A stretch of DNA of 64,000 bases, from positions 2,040-66,039 of the forward strand of contig JAJRRY010000157.1 in NCBI GenBank assembly GCA_024279095.1. The letters run 5' to 3'. A program made the position numbers and the translations under genes. Source of the stretch: Alphaproteobacteria bacterium. Its GTDB lineage: Bacteria; Pseudomonadota; Alphaproteobacteria; Rhizobiales; Aestuariivirgaceae. Positions within the stretch are counted from its first letter, which is position 1. Every line of letters begins with the position of its first letter. The notes beneath the pieces were generated by a model. That model had not been told where the DNA came from. It did no database searches and saw nothing but the letters and a program-made list of their open reading frames with translations. This document shows, in pieces, positions 18,779 through 27,391 of this stretch.

Positions 18779-19543
18779 ATGAGTAACCCCGTGCGCACCG
18801 CTTCCTGCATCCTCATTCTTGCACTGTCGGCTCTCATGGCTTCCACGGGAACGCGGGCTGATACCATACATGTCGCAGCAGCCAGCAACTTTCAGCGAAC
18901 CTTGAAGACACTGGCTCCGCTCTTCGAGAGCCGCACGGGACACCACCTCGTCATCTCTTGGGGAGCCACGGGGCGGCTTTATGCACAGATCCTCAATGGC
19001 GCTCCCCATCAGGTATTTCTTGCCGCCGATACTGCGCGTCCGGCCAGACTGGAAAGGATTGGACGCGCCGTGTCCGGAACCCGCTTCACCTATGCGGAGG
19101 GCCGACTGATGCTGTGCGGCAACATCCCCAGCCTGCACACGAAAGGCCTGCGGGTGCTGGCGGAAGGAAAGTTCAACCGTCTGGCCATGGCCAACCCCCG
19201 GCTGGCTCCCTATGGCCGTGCCGCTCGGGAAGTGCTGGAGCACCTCGGCCTTGCACAGGATCTCCGTTTCCGCATCGTCCGTGGGGAAAACATCGGACAG
19301 ACATTCCATTTCGTACGTTCCGGCGCAGCGGATCTCGGCCTCGTGGCACTCTCGCAGGTTCTTGCCCTGCCGGCAGACGAACGGCCATCATGCATTCCCG
19401 TGCCGAAAAAACTGCATGCGCCGATCCTGCAACAGGCCGTGCTCCTGAAGGATTCGCCGGCGGCCCGTGCCTTCCTCGCCTTCCTGCGCTCACCCGAAGC
19501 CCGGAAGATCATCCGTCACCATGGCTACAGACTACCACAATGA
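18779..19543 (+). CDS. modA: molybdate ABC transporter substrate-binding protein
   Basis: Internal ATG at 18779 with a signal peptide. VAAASNFQ...ISWGATGRLYAQILNGAP..VFLAAD is typical of ModA. Confidence 0.9.
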   Translation: MSNPVRTASCILILALSALMASTGTRADTIHVAAASNFQRTLKTLAPLFESRTGHHLVISWGATGRLYAQILNGAPHQVFLAADTARPARLERIGRAVSGTRFTYAEGRLMLCGNIPSLHTKGLRVLAEGKFNRLAMANPRLAPYGRAAREVLEHLGLAQDLRFRIVRGENIGQTFHFVRSGAADLGLVALSQVLALPADERPSCIPVPKKLHAPILQQAVLLKDSPAARAFLAFLRSPEARKIIRHHGYRLPQ

Positions 19544-20220
19544 TCAGTTCCGCCGACATATCCGCCCTGAAGGTGACACTGCTGCTGGCAGGCACGACCA
19601 CGATCATTCTGCTGCTTGCCGGCATCCCCCTCGCCTGGTGGCTGGCGCGCACCCGCTGTCGCCTCCGCCTGATGCTGGAAGCCGTCATAGCCCTGCCCCT
19701 TGTCCTGCCGCCTACGGTTCTCGGCTTCTATCTGCTGCTCATGCTGGGGCCGGATGGCCCCCTTGGCAGATTTTCGGAGATGCTCGGCTTTGGATCTCTG
19801 GCATTCACATTCACGGGGCTGGTGATCGGATCCTGCATCTACTCCCTGCCCTTCGCCGTGCAGCCGATGCGCGACGCCTTTGCGGCCATGGGTGACCGCC
19901 CGCTGGAGGCGGCAGCAACCTTGCGGGCCGGGCCTCTGGATCGCTTCCTGACGGTCACCCTGCCTCTTGCGACCCCCGGCATCCTGACCGCTACGGTCCT
20001 GACCTTCGCCCACACACTTGGCGAGTTCGGCGTCGTTCTGATGATTGGCGGCAACATTCCAGGCCGCACGCAGGTTCTTTCCATTGCCATCTACGATCAC
20101 GTGGAAGCGCTGGAATATGCCAACGCCCACATTCTCTCCGCCGGGCTGCTGATCTTCTCCTTCCTGCTCCTCCTGTTTACCTACGGTCTCGGCCACCGCA
20201 TGAGAATGATCCGCCCATGA
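19540..20220 (+). CDS. modB: molybdate ABC transporter permease
   Basis: ATGA overlap with modA. 5-6 TM helices and EAA-type loop (EAAATLRAGPLDRFLTVTLPLA). Confidence 0.9.
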   Translation: MISSADISALKVTLLLAGTTTIILLLAGIPLAWWLARTRCRLRLMLEAVIALPLVLPPTVLGFYLLLMLGPDGPLGRFSEMLGFGSLAFTFTGLVIGSCIYSLPFAVQPMRDAFAAMGDRPLEAAATLRAGPLDRFLTVTLPLATPGILTATVLTFAHTLGEFGVVLMIGGNIPGRTQVLSIAIYDHVEALEYANAHILSAGLLIFSFLLLLFTYGLGHRMRMIRP

Positions 20221-21278
20221 TCGAGAGCACCTTCACGCTGCAGCGCTCCGACTTCCGGCTGGAAGTGGACGAGGCTTTCCCCGGACGTGGCGTCACTGCC
20301 CTGTTTGGACCTTCCGGCTGCGGCAAGACCACATGGCTGCGTGTGATCGCCGGACTGGAAAGAATCCGGGATGCCGTGATCCGTTTCGATGGCAACTCCT
20401 GGCAGGATGGCCGAACTTTCCTGCCCGTCCATCGCCGCCCCATCGGCTACGTGTTTCAGGATGCCGCCCTGTTCCCGCACATGAACGTGGAAGCCTACCT
20501 GCGCTATGGCTGGCGGCGCAACGGCAGACGGGACGACGGCATTCCATGGGAAGAAGTCATTGGCCTTCTGGAGCTTGAACCTCTGCTCCATCGGCGCCCC
20601 GCTTCCCTTTCGGGTGGCGAAGCACAGCGAGTCGCCATTGGCCGTGCCCTGCTGTCCGCTCCGCGTCTGCTGCTCATGGACGAACCCCTTTCCGCCCTGG
20701 ATGCCGCAGCACGAAAACATATCCTTTCACTGCTGGAAAGGCTGAAGTGCGAACTGTCAATACCAGTCATCTACGTCTCGCACTCTCGCGACGAGGTGGC
20801 GAGGCTGACCGATCATCTCGTACTGATGGGTCGAGGCCATGTGCGCGCGTCCGGACCACTTGCGGAACTCTGGACGCGCCTCGACATTGCGGCGGAGCAT
20901 GGCGGGGCCGCATCCTCCGTGGTGGAGGCCCGCGTTGCCGGACATGACGAAGCCTGGAATCTGACTCTGCTCGACTTTCCCGGCGGGCGCTTCATGGTGG
21001 CCCGCGAAGCCCTGCCAACGGGCGCCGATGTGCGCCTGCGCATCATGGCGCGTGATGTCTCCATCACGCTGGAAAGACAGACCGGCACCTCGATTCTGAA
21101 CATTTTTCCGGCCACTGTGACCGGACTGGCCCCCACCGGCCCGGCACAGATGCTGGTGCGTCTGGACGTGGGCGGCGTGCCCCTGCTTTCGGGAGTCACC
21201 CGACGTTCAGCGCATGCGCTCGGGCTGAAGCCCGGCAGGAAAGTCCATGCACAGGTGAAGGCCGTGGCCCTGCTCTAG
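20217..21278 (+). CDS. modC: molybdate ABC transporter ATP-binding protein with C-terminal TOBE domain
   Basis: Walker A GPSGCGKTT, signature LSGGEAQRVAIGRAL, Walker B LLLMDEP. ATGA overlap with modB. Confidence 0.9.
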   Translation: MIESTFTLQRSDFRLEVDEAFPGRGVTALFGPSGCGKTTWLRVIAGLERIRDAVIRFDGNSWQDGRTFLPVHRRPIGYVFQDAALFPHMNVEAYLRYGWRRNGRRDDGIPWEEVIGLLELEPLLHRRPASLSGGEAQRVAIGRALLSAPRLLLMDEPLSALDAAARKHILSLLERLKCELSIPVIYVSHSRDEVARLTDHLVLMGRGHVRASGPLAELWTRLDIAAEHGGAASSVVEARVAGHDEAWNLTLLDFPGGRFMVAREALPTGADVRLRIMARDVSITLERQTGTSILNIFPATVTGLAPTGPAQMLVRLDVGGVPLLSGVTRRSAHALGLKPGRKVHAQVKAVALL

Positions 21279-21368
21279 CCGCTGCCGCCCGTTTGCCACA
21301 AGCCTTGACGGCAGACCTGCAAGCGGCAATAAACGTGCGCGGACGGGCCTTCCACCCGTCCCGCGCAT

Positions 21369-21455
21369 GCCCCTGTGGCGGAACTGGTAGACGCAGCAGA
21401 CTCAAAATCTGCCGGCCTTGCGGCCGTGCCCGTTCGAGTCGGGCCAGGGGCACCA
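21369..21455 (+). tRNA. tRNA-Leu (anticodon CAA)
   Basis: Hand-folded cloverleaf. Acceptor GCCCCTG/CAGGGGC, anticodon stem GCAGA/TCTGC with loop CTCAAAA. Long variable arm (type II) and T arm GCCCG-TTCGAGT-CGGGC. Discriminator A and encoded CCA. Confidence 0.9.
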
Positions 21456-21472
21456 GTTCACCCCATAAGCCG

Positions 21473-21504
21473 AAAACGGCCCGGAACACATGTCCCCGGG
21501 CCGT
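21473..21504 (-). terminator. intrinsic terminator (bidirectional position between tRNA-Leu and the BA14K gene)
   Basis: ACGGCCCGG-N11-CCGGGCCGT stem. On the minus strand it is followed by TTTTCGG. Confidence 0.6.
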
Positions 21505-21527
21505 CGGAATTCGAAATTTCTGCCAAG

Positions 21528-21857
21528 TCAGCGGCAGAAGCGATAGCGTCCGGAATATGTCCGATAATAACCGGTCTCCGGATTGAAGCTACGATACTTC
21601 GCGGCGCAGTAGTCATACCACTCGGGCGTCCACGGACGCGGCCGGTAGCGATAGACCTTGCGATACCTCTTGCGCTTCTTGTTGGCGTGGATGGCACTGG
21701 CAACGACAGCCGTCGTGGCGACGCCGGCGGCGAGACCCAGCAGGAAGTTTTCGGTCTTCGAGGCCGCATGCGCAGGCTGCGGTGCTCCTCCCATGACAGC
21801 GAGCGCCAGAGCGCCAGCAAAAGCCGCACCAATTCCGAACTTCATCTTGCTCGTCAT
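21528..21857 (-). CDS. BA14K-family secreted protein
   Basis: Signal peptide MTSKMKFGIGAAFAGALALAVMGGAPQPAHA with GGGAGA SD. C-terminal WYDYCAAKYRSFNPETGYYRTYSGRYRFCR is the BA14K signature. Confidence 0.7.
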   Translation of the reverse strand: MTSKMKFGIGAAFAGALALAVMGGAPQPAHAASKTENFLLGLAAGVATTAVVASAIHANKKRKRYRKVYRYRPRPWTPEWYDYCAAKYRSFNPETGYYRTYSGRYRFCR

Positions 21858-22182
21858 GTCCATTCTCCCATCAAGCTGGCATCCGCCTGTCCGATATCGC
21901 AGATGCAACTCCCTGGTTTTCCGCGATCGGGGGACGGGCCGCTCCGGCCGCCCCTTCCACATCCGGGTAGCGGGAAGATGCTTCGCCCGCCAACCTGTTT
22001 CCGGTGTATCAGGTTCAACCTGGATGTCTCATGAATGAATATTGGCACACTTGTGAAGGAATCCAATCCTCCGTGTGGCATGTTTTTCGGAAACGCCAGG
22101 CCGAAAAGACGAAAAGAGCGGCAGCCACATGCCGCCGCTCCCGCACTTCAGGCCTTCCCGAGCACCAGCCCGGTGGCTGCAT

Positions 22183-22521
22183 TCAGTAACCGCCTTTGCG
22201 CTTGCTCTCCGGAAGGCCGCCAATGCGGGCCGCCTGTTTGGACGGATCCAGCGGAAAAAGGTCATAGAGATCCTTCTGCTTGACCTTCTCGCCCCATTTC
22301 TCGCCCATCGCCTTGATGATGGTGCGGGTATTGGGCTGATTGCCACCGTTGTTGAAATATTCGTCGCGCAGATAGTTGATGACGTCCCAATGCTTGTCGG
22401 TCAACTCGATGCCTTCCGCCTTGGCCATGGCCTCCGCCAGTCCTTCGCTCCAGTCTGCCGTATTGGCGAGGAAGCCATTGGTGACGGTCTCGATCTCCTT
22501 GCCCTCATACATGAACCCCAT
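22183..22521 (-). CDS. DsrC/TusE-family protein lacking both conserved C-terminal cysteines
   Basis: GGAGGA SD. HWDVINYLRDEY... and LFPLDPSKQAARIGGLPESKRKGGY align to the DsrC ending LFPYGPAKQACRFAGLPKPTGCV, with Cys replaced by Ala and Gly. Confidence 0.75.
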   Translation of the reverse strand: MGFMYEGKEIETVTNGFLANTADWSEGLAEAMAKAEGIELTDKHWDVINYLRDEYFNNGGNQPNTRTIIKAMGEKWGEKVKQKDLYDLFPLDPSKQAARIGGLPESKRKGGY

Positions 22522-22581
22522 GATCTTTCCTCCACGATTTCAGGATGCTTCATCCAGATGCTGCATTTCCGGCAGACATTA

Positions 22582-23712
22582 TCAGGAACCCGTCATTTGC
22601 GAAATGCGGGCAATTGCCTCTTCCAGCTCCCTTTCCCGCAATGCGGAGACGGCGGACGGAAGGGCCTCCCCTGCATCCTCCGTCAGATAGCGGACCAGGC
22701 CTCGCGCCTCCAGCCGGTCGCAAAAGGCATCCATGTCACGCGGCGGAGAGAGAATACCCAATTCCACCAGCCTGCGCATGATGCCGCGCCGGGCGGACCA
22801 GCGTGGCGCCAGTGGACTGCGGGGCAGACGGTATATCAGCACCGGCTTGCCCGAACGTACGGCTTCGGCAATCATCGATGCAGAATCCGAAGTGACCACG
22901 AAGGCATCCGCCAGCGCGGGCAACGCGCGGTGCGGGTTGTCCTTTCGTCCCTCGCGCCAATAGTAGAAGTAGCCGGGCCTGCTCAGAACCTCATGCAGGG
23001 CGCGCGACTGACGAATACCCGTCCGTGGTGAAGTCGAGACAATCCAGGAACCACCAAGCCCACGCAGCAGGGCATTGACGGCCGCCCCCAGGCGGTGCGC
23101 TTCCTGCGCATCAAAGCGAATCGGCCAACGCTCCCCGCCGACCAGAACGGCGACCTGCGGACGAGGAAGATCCGAGAATTTGTCCCGCCAGTCCTCCAGA
23201 GATTCCGAAGCAGCGACGGGAGCGGCGGGTGGCAGATCCACCATGACGACATTGGAGCGTTCCGGCAGACCATATTGCGCCGTGGTGATTATGAGATCGA
23301 ACCAGTCCAGCGGAGCACGCGGTCGACCCAGCCAGACCAGACGCGCCCTCCCCCGGGAGGCCTTGCGAATCCACCGGGCAACGGGAACGGAACGCCGCCC
23401 CACGCCGATCACCAGATCCGGCAAGGGACCTTCCTCCACACGGCGGCGGGAATCGGTATCGAGAACGGCCGTGCCCGGCGGAAGCAGAATATTGGGAAGC
23501 AGCCGCAAGGCCCCGTAGGAAAGAGGCTTTTCCACCACTTCCGCATCACGGATCGCAGCCATGGCATGCGCAAGCGCCAGCACCTGCGCATTGTCCCCGG
23601 CCCGAGAACCGGTCAGTGCCCATATGAGAGGCCGTTTCGGCATGGCTTTTGCCATAGCGCGAAACCACGGTGTCACCAAGCGCAAAACGGATTGGATTGG
23701 GGAACGCCGCAA
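22582..23712 (-). CDS. ELM1/DUF1022-family protein (COG3660-like)
   Basis: IWALTGSRAGDNAQVLALA and the later conserved blocks resemble the ELM1 family. The track start is a TTG; alternative ATG starts are at 23655 and 23643. Confidence 0.5.
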   Translation of the reverse strand: MRRSPIQSVLRLVTPWFRAMAKAMPKRPLIWALTGSRAGDNAQVLALAHAMAAIRDAEVVEKPLSYGALRLLPNILLPPGTAVLDTDSRRRVEEGPLPDLVIGVGRRSVPVARWIRKASRGRARLVWLGRPRAPLDWFDLIITTAQYGLPERSNVVMVDLPPAAPVAASESLEDWRDKFSDLPRPQVAVLVGGERWPIRFDAQEAHRLGAAVNALLRGLGGSWIVSTSPRTGIRQSRALHEVLSRPGYFYYWREGRKDNPHRALPALADAFVVTSDSASMIAEAVRSGKPVLIYRLPRSPLAPRWSARRGIMRRLVELGILSPPRDMDAFCDRLEARGLVRYLTEDAGEALPSAVSALRERELEEAIARISQMTGS

Positions 23713-23786
23713 CCACAGCAGATTTCCATCCGCTCCCGGCCGTGCCGGTTACCGTCAGGCCTGACAAGAGATCCTCTCCGCCCCTA

Positions 23787-24410
23787 TTATCTCGGGATGG
23801 CGGATCCCACATACATGTAGCTGATGAATCGGGGACGAGCCATGGCATAGAACCGGTCGCAACGCTCCAGGCCGAAACCGGCCTGACGCAGCAGACTCTC
23901 GATGTCACGATTGAGATGGCATCCTCCAGCCAGCGAGCGCCAGACAGGATTGGCAAGATCCTGGAAACGGGCGACCCGGTGCTCGTGAGATCGGCCATGC
24001 TCACAGAAGAGGAGACGGCCGCCCGGCTTCAGCACACGGCGAAATTCTGACAGCGCCTTTGTGACATCGGGAATGGAGCACCCCGTAAAGGTCAGTACGA
24101 CCGTATCGACCGAAGCGTCCTCGATTGGCAGTTCCTCAGCGGAACGCTCCAGAATTTCAACCGGAAACGGAACCTCCTGCGCACGCTTTCGGGCAAGGCG
24201 CACGAGATCCCCGGAGGGATCCACGCCAATGACCTGACGCACTCGCTGCGGATCATAATATTGCAGGTTCAGCCCGGAGCCGATACCCGGTTCGAGAATC
24301 AGCCCTTCCGCGCCGGGAACGACCTTCCGCCGATTGCGGGAGAGCACCGGCAGGGAGCAGACGATATCGGTGAGCGGGGCCAGAAGGAGCTTCTCGTAGA
24401 TGTTCGTCAT
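23787..24410 (-). CDS. class I SAM-dependent methyltransferase
   Basis: Motif I LEPGIGSGLN and post-I VLKPGGRLLFCEHG. Internal ATG at 24410 (MTNIYEKL). Confidence 0.75.
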   Translation of the reverse strand: MTNIYEKLLLAPLTDIVCSLPVLSRNRRKVVPGAEGLILEPGIGSGLNLQYYDPQRVRQVIGVDPSGDLVRLARKRAQEVPFPVEILERSAEELPIEDASVDTVVLTFTGCSIPDVTKALSEFRRVLKPGGRLLFCEHGRSHEHRVARFQDLANPVWRSLAGGCHLNRDIESLLRQAGFGLERCDRFYAMARPRFISYMYVGSAIPR

Positions 24411-24654
24411 TCCGTCATCATATCCCGGAGAATCCTTTTCGCACATGCCCCTTTGCGATATCGGCATCACGCATGCAGGAAAGCGAAAGAGAAAAGGCCA
24501 TCGCCCGCCAGTGCCTTTTCACACCCGGCAGGCGATGACCCCAGTCTTTTGCAAGCACCAGATCTGAGGGGAAGGAGGAAGGGAATGCAAAAGACTGCTC
24601 GGCCGCTAAGCCGTCAACCGTCAACCCGTGACGACAGGAACCACCCCGAGCGGC

Positions 24655-24849
24655 CTAGCAATTCTTGCAAGTATTGATGCCCAGAATCGCATTGATGGCA
24701 CACCAGCCGACCGCCCCCGTCGCCAACGGCACTATGCCAATCCAGCCGATCCAGCTGTAGTCGCCCTTGCCAAGCAGGGCCCAAGCGATCAGAGCCAGTC
24801 CAGCCACCACCCAGATGGCCCGCTGCACGGCACCCATGTTCTTCTTCAT
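24655..24849 (-). CDS. DUF2892 (YgaP-like) small membrane protein
   Basis: 64 aa from the internal ATG with GGAGG SD: MKKNMGAVQRAIWVVAGLALIAWALLGKGDYSWIGWIGIVPLATGAVGWCAINAILGINTC. Confidence 0.65.
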   Translation of the reverse strand: MKKNMGAVQRAIWVVAGLALIAWALLGKGDYSWIGWIGIVPLATGAVGWCAINAILGINTCKNC

Positions 24850-24976
24850 GACGACCTCCTCGCCAATTCCCGCTCTTGCAGGAATCCTGCTGTAATAAAC
24901 GATCCGGCCCCCGTGACTTTCGACTGACAACATAACCCCACTGACGAAAGTCATCAGTGATCATGTCACACATAAG

Positions 24977-24989
24977 AATGATTATCATT
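24977..24989. promoter_or_regulatory. Fur-box-like palindrome in a divergent promoter region
   Basis: AATGAT-T-ATCATT is a perfect inverted repeat. It matches 12 of 13 positions of the Fur-box core AATGATAATCATT. Located between the DUF2892 and C_GCAxxG_C_C genes. Confidence 0.4.
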
Positions 24990-25035
24990 TAAATTCTTTT
25001 CCGAACCTCTCCCTTGCGCCGGGTGATGGAGCAGT

Positions 25036-25050
25036 ACATATTCAATATGT
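25036..25050. promoter_or_regulatory. second perfect palindrome (candidate operator)
   Basis: ACATATT-C-AATATGT, 58 nt upstream of the ATG at 25108. Confidence 0.3.
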
Positions 25051-25107
25051 TTCATATCCTCCCTTTTCTTGCCTGTCGCGACATCCAAAAACACGGGAGA
25101 GGTATCC

Positions 25108-25620
25108 ATGCACGGAAAGGCGGAACGCTCGCTGACAGAAAAGGAAGCGCTGGTCGAAGAAGCATGGCACAGGGCTCTGGACTATGAGCTGGAGTTTGGC
25201 TGCTGCCCCCAGTGCGTTCTTTCCGTCGTACAGGAGCTGCTCGGCGGAGTTTCGGATGAGCTCGTAAAGGCCTCGCATGGACTCTCCGGCGGCGGAGCAC
25301 TGGAAGGCAAGGGCACCTGCGGCGCTCTCACCGGCGGTCTGATTGCTCTTTCGACTCGAACCGGACGCGACAGAGACAAGCTGCACAAGGGGCGGGGAAT
25401 GAAGAATTTCCAGATCGGTAAAGAACTGGCGGAAGCTTTCGAGAAAGAGTTCGGAGGCTTCACCTGCGAGGACCTCCAGCAAGCCTTTACCGGACGCACC
25501 TATGACATGTGGAAGCCGGAGGAATACAAGGCGTTCTCGGACGCCCGCGGATCAAAATGCGCTATTGCCACCGCCTGGGTCACGAAATGGGTGGTACGCA
25601 AGCTGCTAGAGAGCGAGTGA
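25108..25620 (+). CDS. C_GCAxxG_C_C family protein
   Basis: FGCCPQCVLSVVQELLG ... GKGTCGALTGGLIAL matches the C-GCAxxG-C-C motif set. Internal ATG with GGGAGAGG SD. Confidence 0.75.
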   Translation: MHGKAERSLTEKEALVEEAWHRALDYELEFGCCPQCVLSVVQELLGGVSDELVKASHGLSGGGALEGKGTCGALTGGLIALSTRTGRDRDKLHKGRGMKNFQIGKELAEAFEKEFGGFTCEDLQQAFTGRTYDMWKPEEYKAFSDARGSKCAIATAWVTKWVVRKLLESE

Positions 25621-25710
25621 GCCGCATCCAGAAAGCCTCTCGTTTTTGCCGAAACTGGTGCCGAATGTGGCAAGCCGATGCTGCTCCCCGCCAACCTGCC
25701 CCGTGCATTC

Positions 25711-27144
25711 TCATCTTTCGGAAACCACCCGCAACCGTTTCTGCAGTAACGGGATCAGATCCCGTGTCATCGCGGCCAGAGGCTTTTCGCCCATGTCGAG
25801 GCGCAACCTGCGCACTGCCCGGCGCGTTTCCACCGTCACCACCCCGTCGACGGTGCCGGGCGCATAACCGGCACGCTGAAGCAGATATTCCAGCTCGAGA
25901 AGCTCCTCGCCCATCAGGGATTCGTGCGCCACGTGACGGCCTTCCCCGCCACGAGCAGGAGCAGGTCTTCCGCCCACCTCCAAAGGATGCGACGTCGCGG
26001 TAATTTCCTGATCGCGCCATCCCGGCCCGAACGCCCCGGCAAACTGAAGCCGCGCCGCCTCCTCTGCCAGCAGACGCAGCATGTAGGGCGTAGCCGTCGC
26101 CACGGGCATCAGACCGTTGCGACGGCGGAAGGCAAGGATGGCCTGACGTGTCCTGTGCCCCAGGATGCCGTCTACAGGCCCGGCATCATATCCGGCCCGA
26201 TTCAGCAGGAGCTGAAGCTGCCGGACCTTGACCTTTCCGGTGATGATCCGACTGCGGGCAAGGACGCGCGCCTCGCGGGCGAAGGCATTGGCTGGAACAC
26301 CTATGTTGGCGACATAGACGTTCTCTTTCCTGCTGCCGCCCGTCGCCGTGGCGCTCCGTTCCATCCGATGGCTTTGCGTGCCGACATTCATACCCACAAC
26401 GACCGGACCACGGGAAGTATCCATGAGCAAAGGCGCACCGGATGACCCCTTGTACGTGTCGCAGGTATAGTAGAGCACTTCGCCACCGGCCACGGCCTTG
26501 CGCATGCTGCGCGTATGGCTGTTGTCGACGATGCGGCAGTTGGGCGAGTAGAGCAGCCCATCGAGCTTGCGGTCACCATGCAGCCCCACGATGTAGAGAC
26601 GCCCTTCCCGTCCGGCTCTGCGCAGGGTTTCGCGTGAGACGCCGCGCACGGGCAGATGCCTGCCACAGACCGGTTGCGCCAGACGGATCAGCGCCCAGTC
26701 GTTGCCACCCGTCCGTGTTTCCATGACCGTCCGCCCGTTGAGACCACTGACGATCTGATTGCGGATGAGAGTATCGTCGTCACTGTTCCAGCCACGGAAC
26801 ACACCGGCCTTGCGCCTTACCCTGTGCCCCTTCCAGTAGCCCAGACGGAAAACTGCACCGCGAAGCACGGGCTCGGGATAACGATCGGGAACAGCGGAAA
26901 TGCAGTGGGCCGCCGTGGCAATGAGATCCCGCCCGACACAGAAGGCCGTGCAGTAATTGACCTTTCTCCTGCCATCAATATGGATTGGCAATGCCAGAAG
27001 ACCAATTACGTCGGCAAGCCGGCCATGGCTTTCCGGAAGCACAATCCGATCATCCCTGCCGAGAACGGTGGCCGACGCACTGCCGGAAAGCACCGTCATG
27101 AAGGCAAGAATGCCAGCAAAAACAGCCAGTTGCAGACCTCTCAT
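25711..27144 (-). CDS. secreted trypsin-like serine protease fused to two peptidoglycan-binding (PG_binding_1) domains
   Basis: Signal peptide. Catalytic triad motifs TAAHC, NDWALIRL and GSSGAPLL. Two C-terminal repeats: LQLLLNRAGYDAGPVDGILGHRTRQAILAFRRRNGL and LEYLLQRAGYAPGTVDGVVTVETRRAVRRL. Confidence 0.8.
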   Translation of the reverse strand: MRGLQLAVFAGILAFMTVLSGSASATVLGRDDRIVLPESHGRLADVIGLLALPIHIDGRRKVNYCTAFCVGRDLIATAAHCISAVPDRYPEPVLRGAVFRLGYWKGHRVRRKAGVFRGWNSDDDTLIRNQIVSGLNGRTVMETRTGGNDWALIRLAQPVCGRHLPVRGVSRETLRRAGREGRLYIVGLHGDRKLDGLLYSPNCRIVDNSHTRSMRKAVAGGEVLYYTCDTYKGSSGAPLLMDTSRGPVVVGMNVGTQSHRMERSATATGGSRKENVYVANIGVPANAFAREARVLARSRIITGKVKVRQLQLLLNRAGYDAGPVDGILGHRTRQAILAFRRRNGLMPVATATPYMLRLLAEEAARLQFAGAFGPGWRDQEITATSHPLEVGGRPAPARGGEGRHVAHESLMGEELLELEYLLQRAGYAPGTVDGVVTVETRRAVRRLRLDMGEKPLAAMTRDLIPLLQKRLRVVSER

Positions 27145-27391
27145 CTCCCCCTTACCCCGCTCAGAAAGTTTCTGCAGTCCCGGGGACGGAATGACGAATC
27201 ATTCACATACAACTCTCTACACCACTAAACGTTGGTGCTTCAAGGTCATATTCTATCATTGGATGTCAAAACATATGGTTGAGAAAAATATCCTGTCGAT
27301 TGCAACAGGAATACACCCATTGGGACGTGGACGCTTCGATCTGCAGCACTAAACTGCCATTTAGGCGACACATGAAAGACAAGAAGCAGCC

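Noticed and set aside
21456-27300. Possible genomic island integrated at tRNA-Leu
   Set aside because: No integrase, transposase or phage gene is present. I found no direct repeat of the tRNA 3-prime end. By eye the composition is not clearly different from the flanks. The block is merely enriched in poorly characterised small genes.
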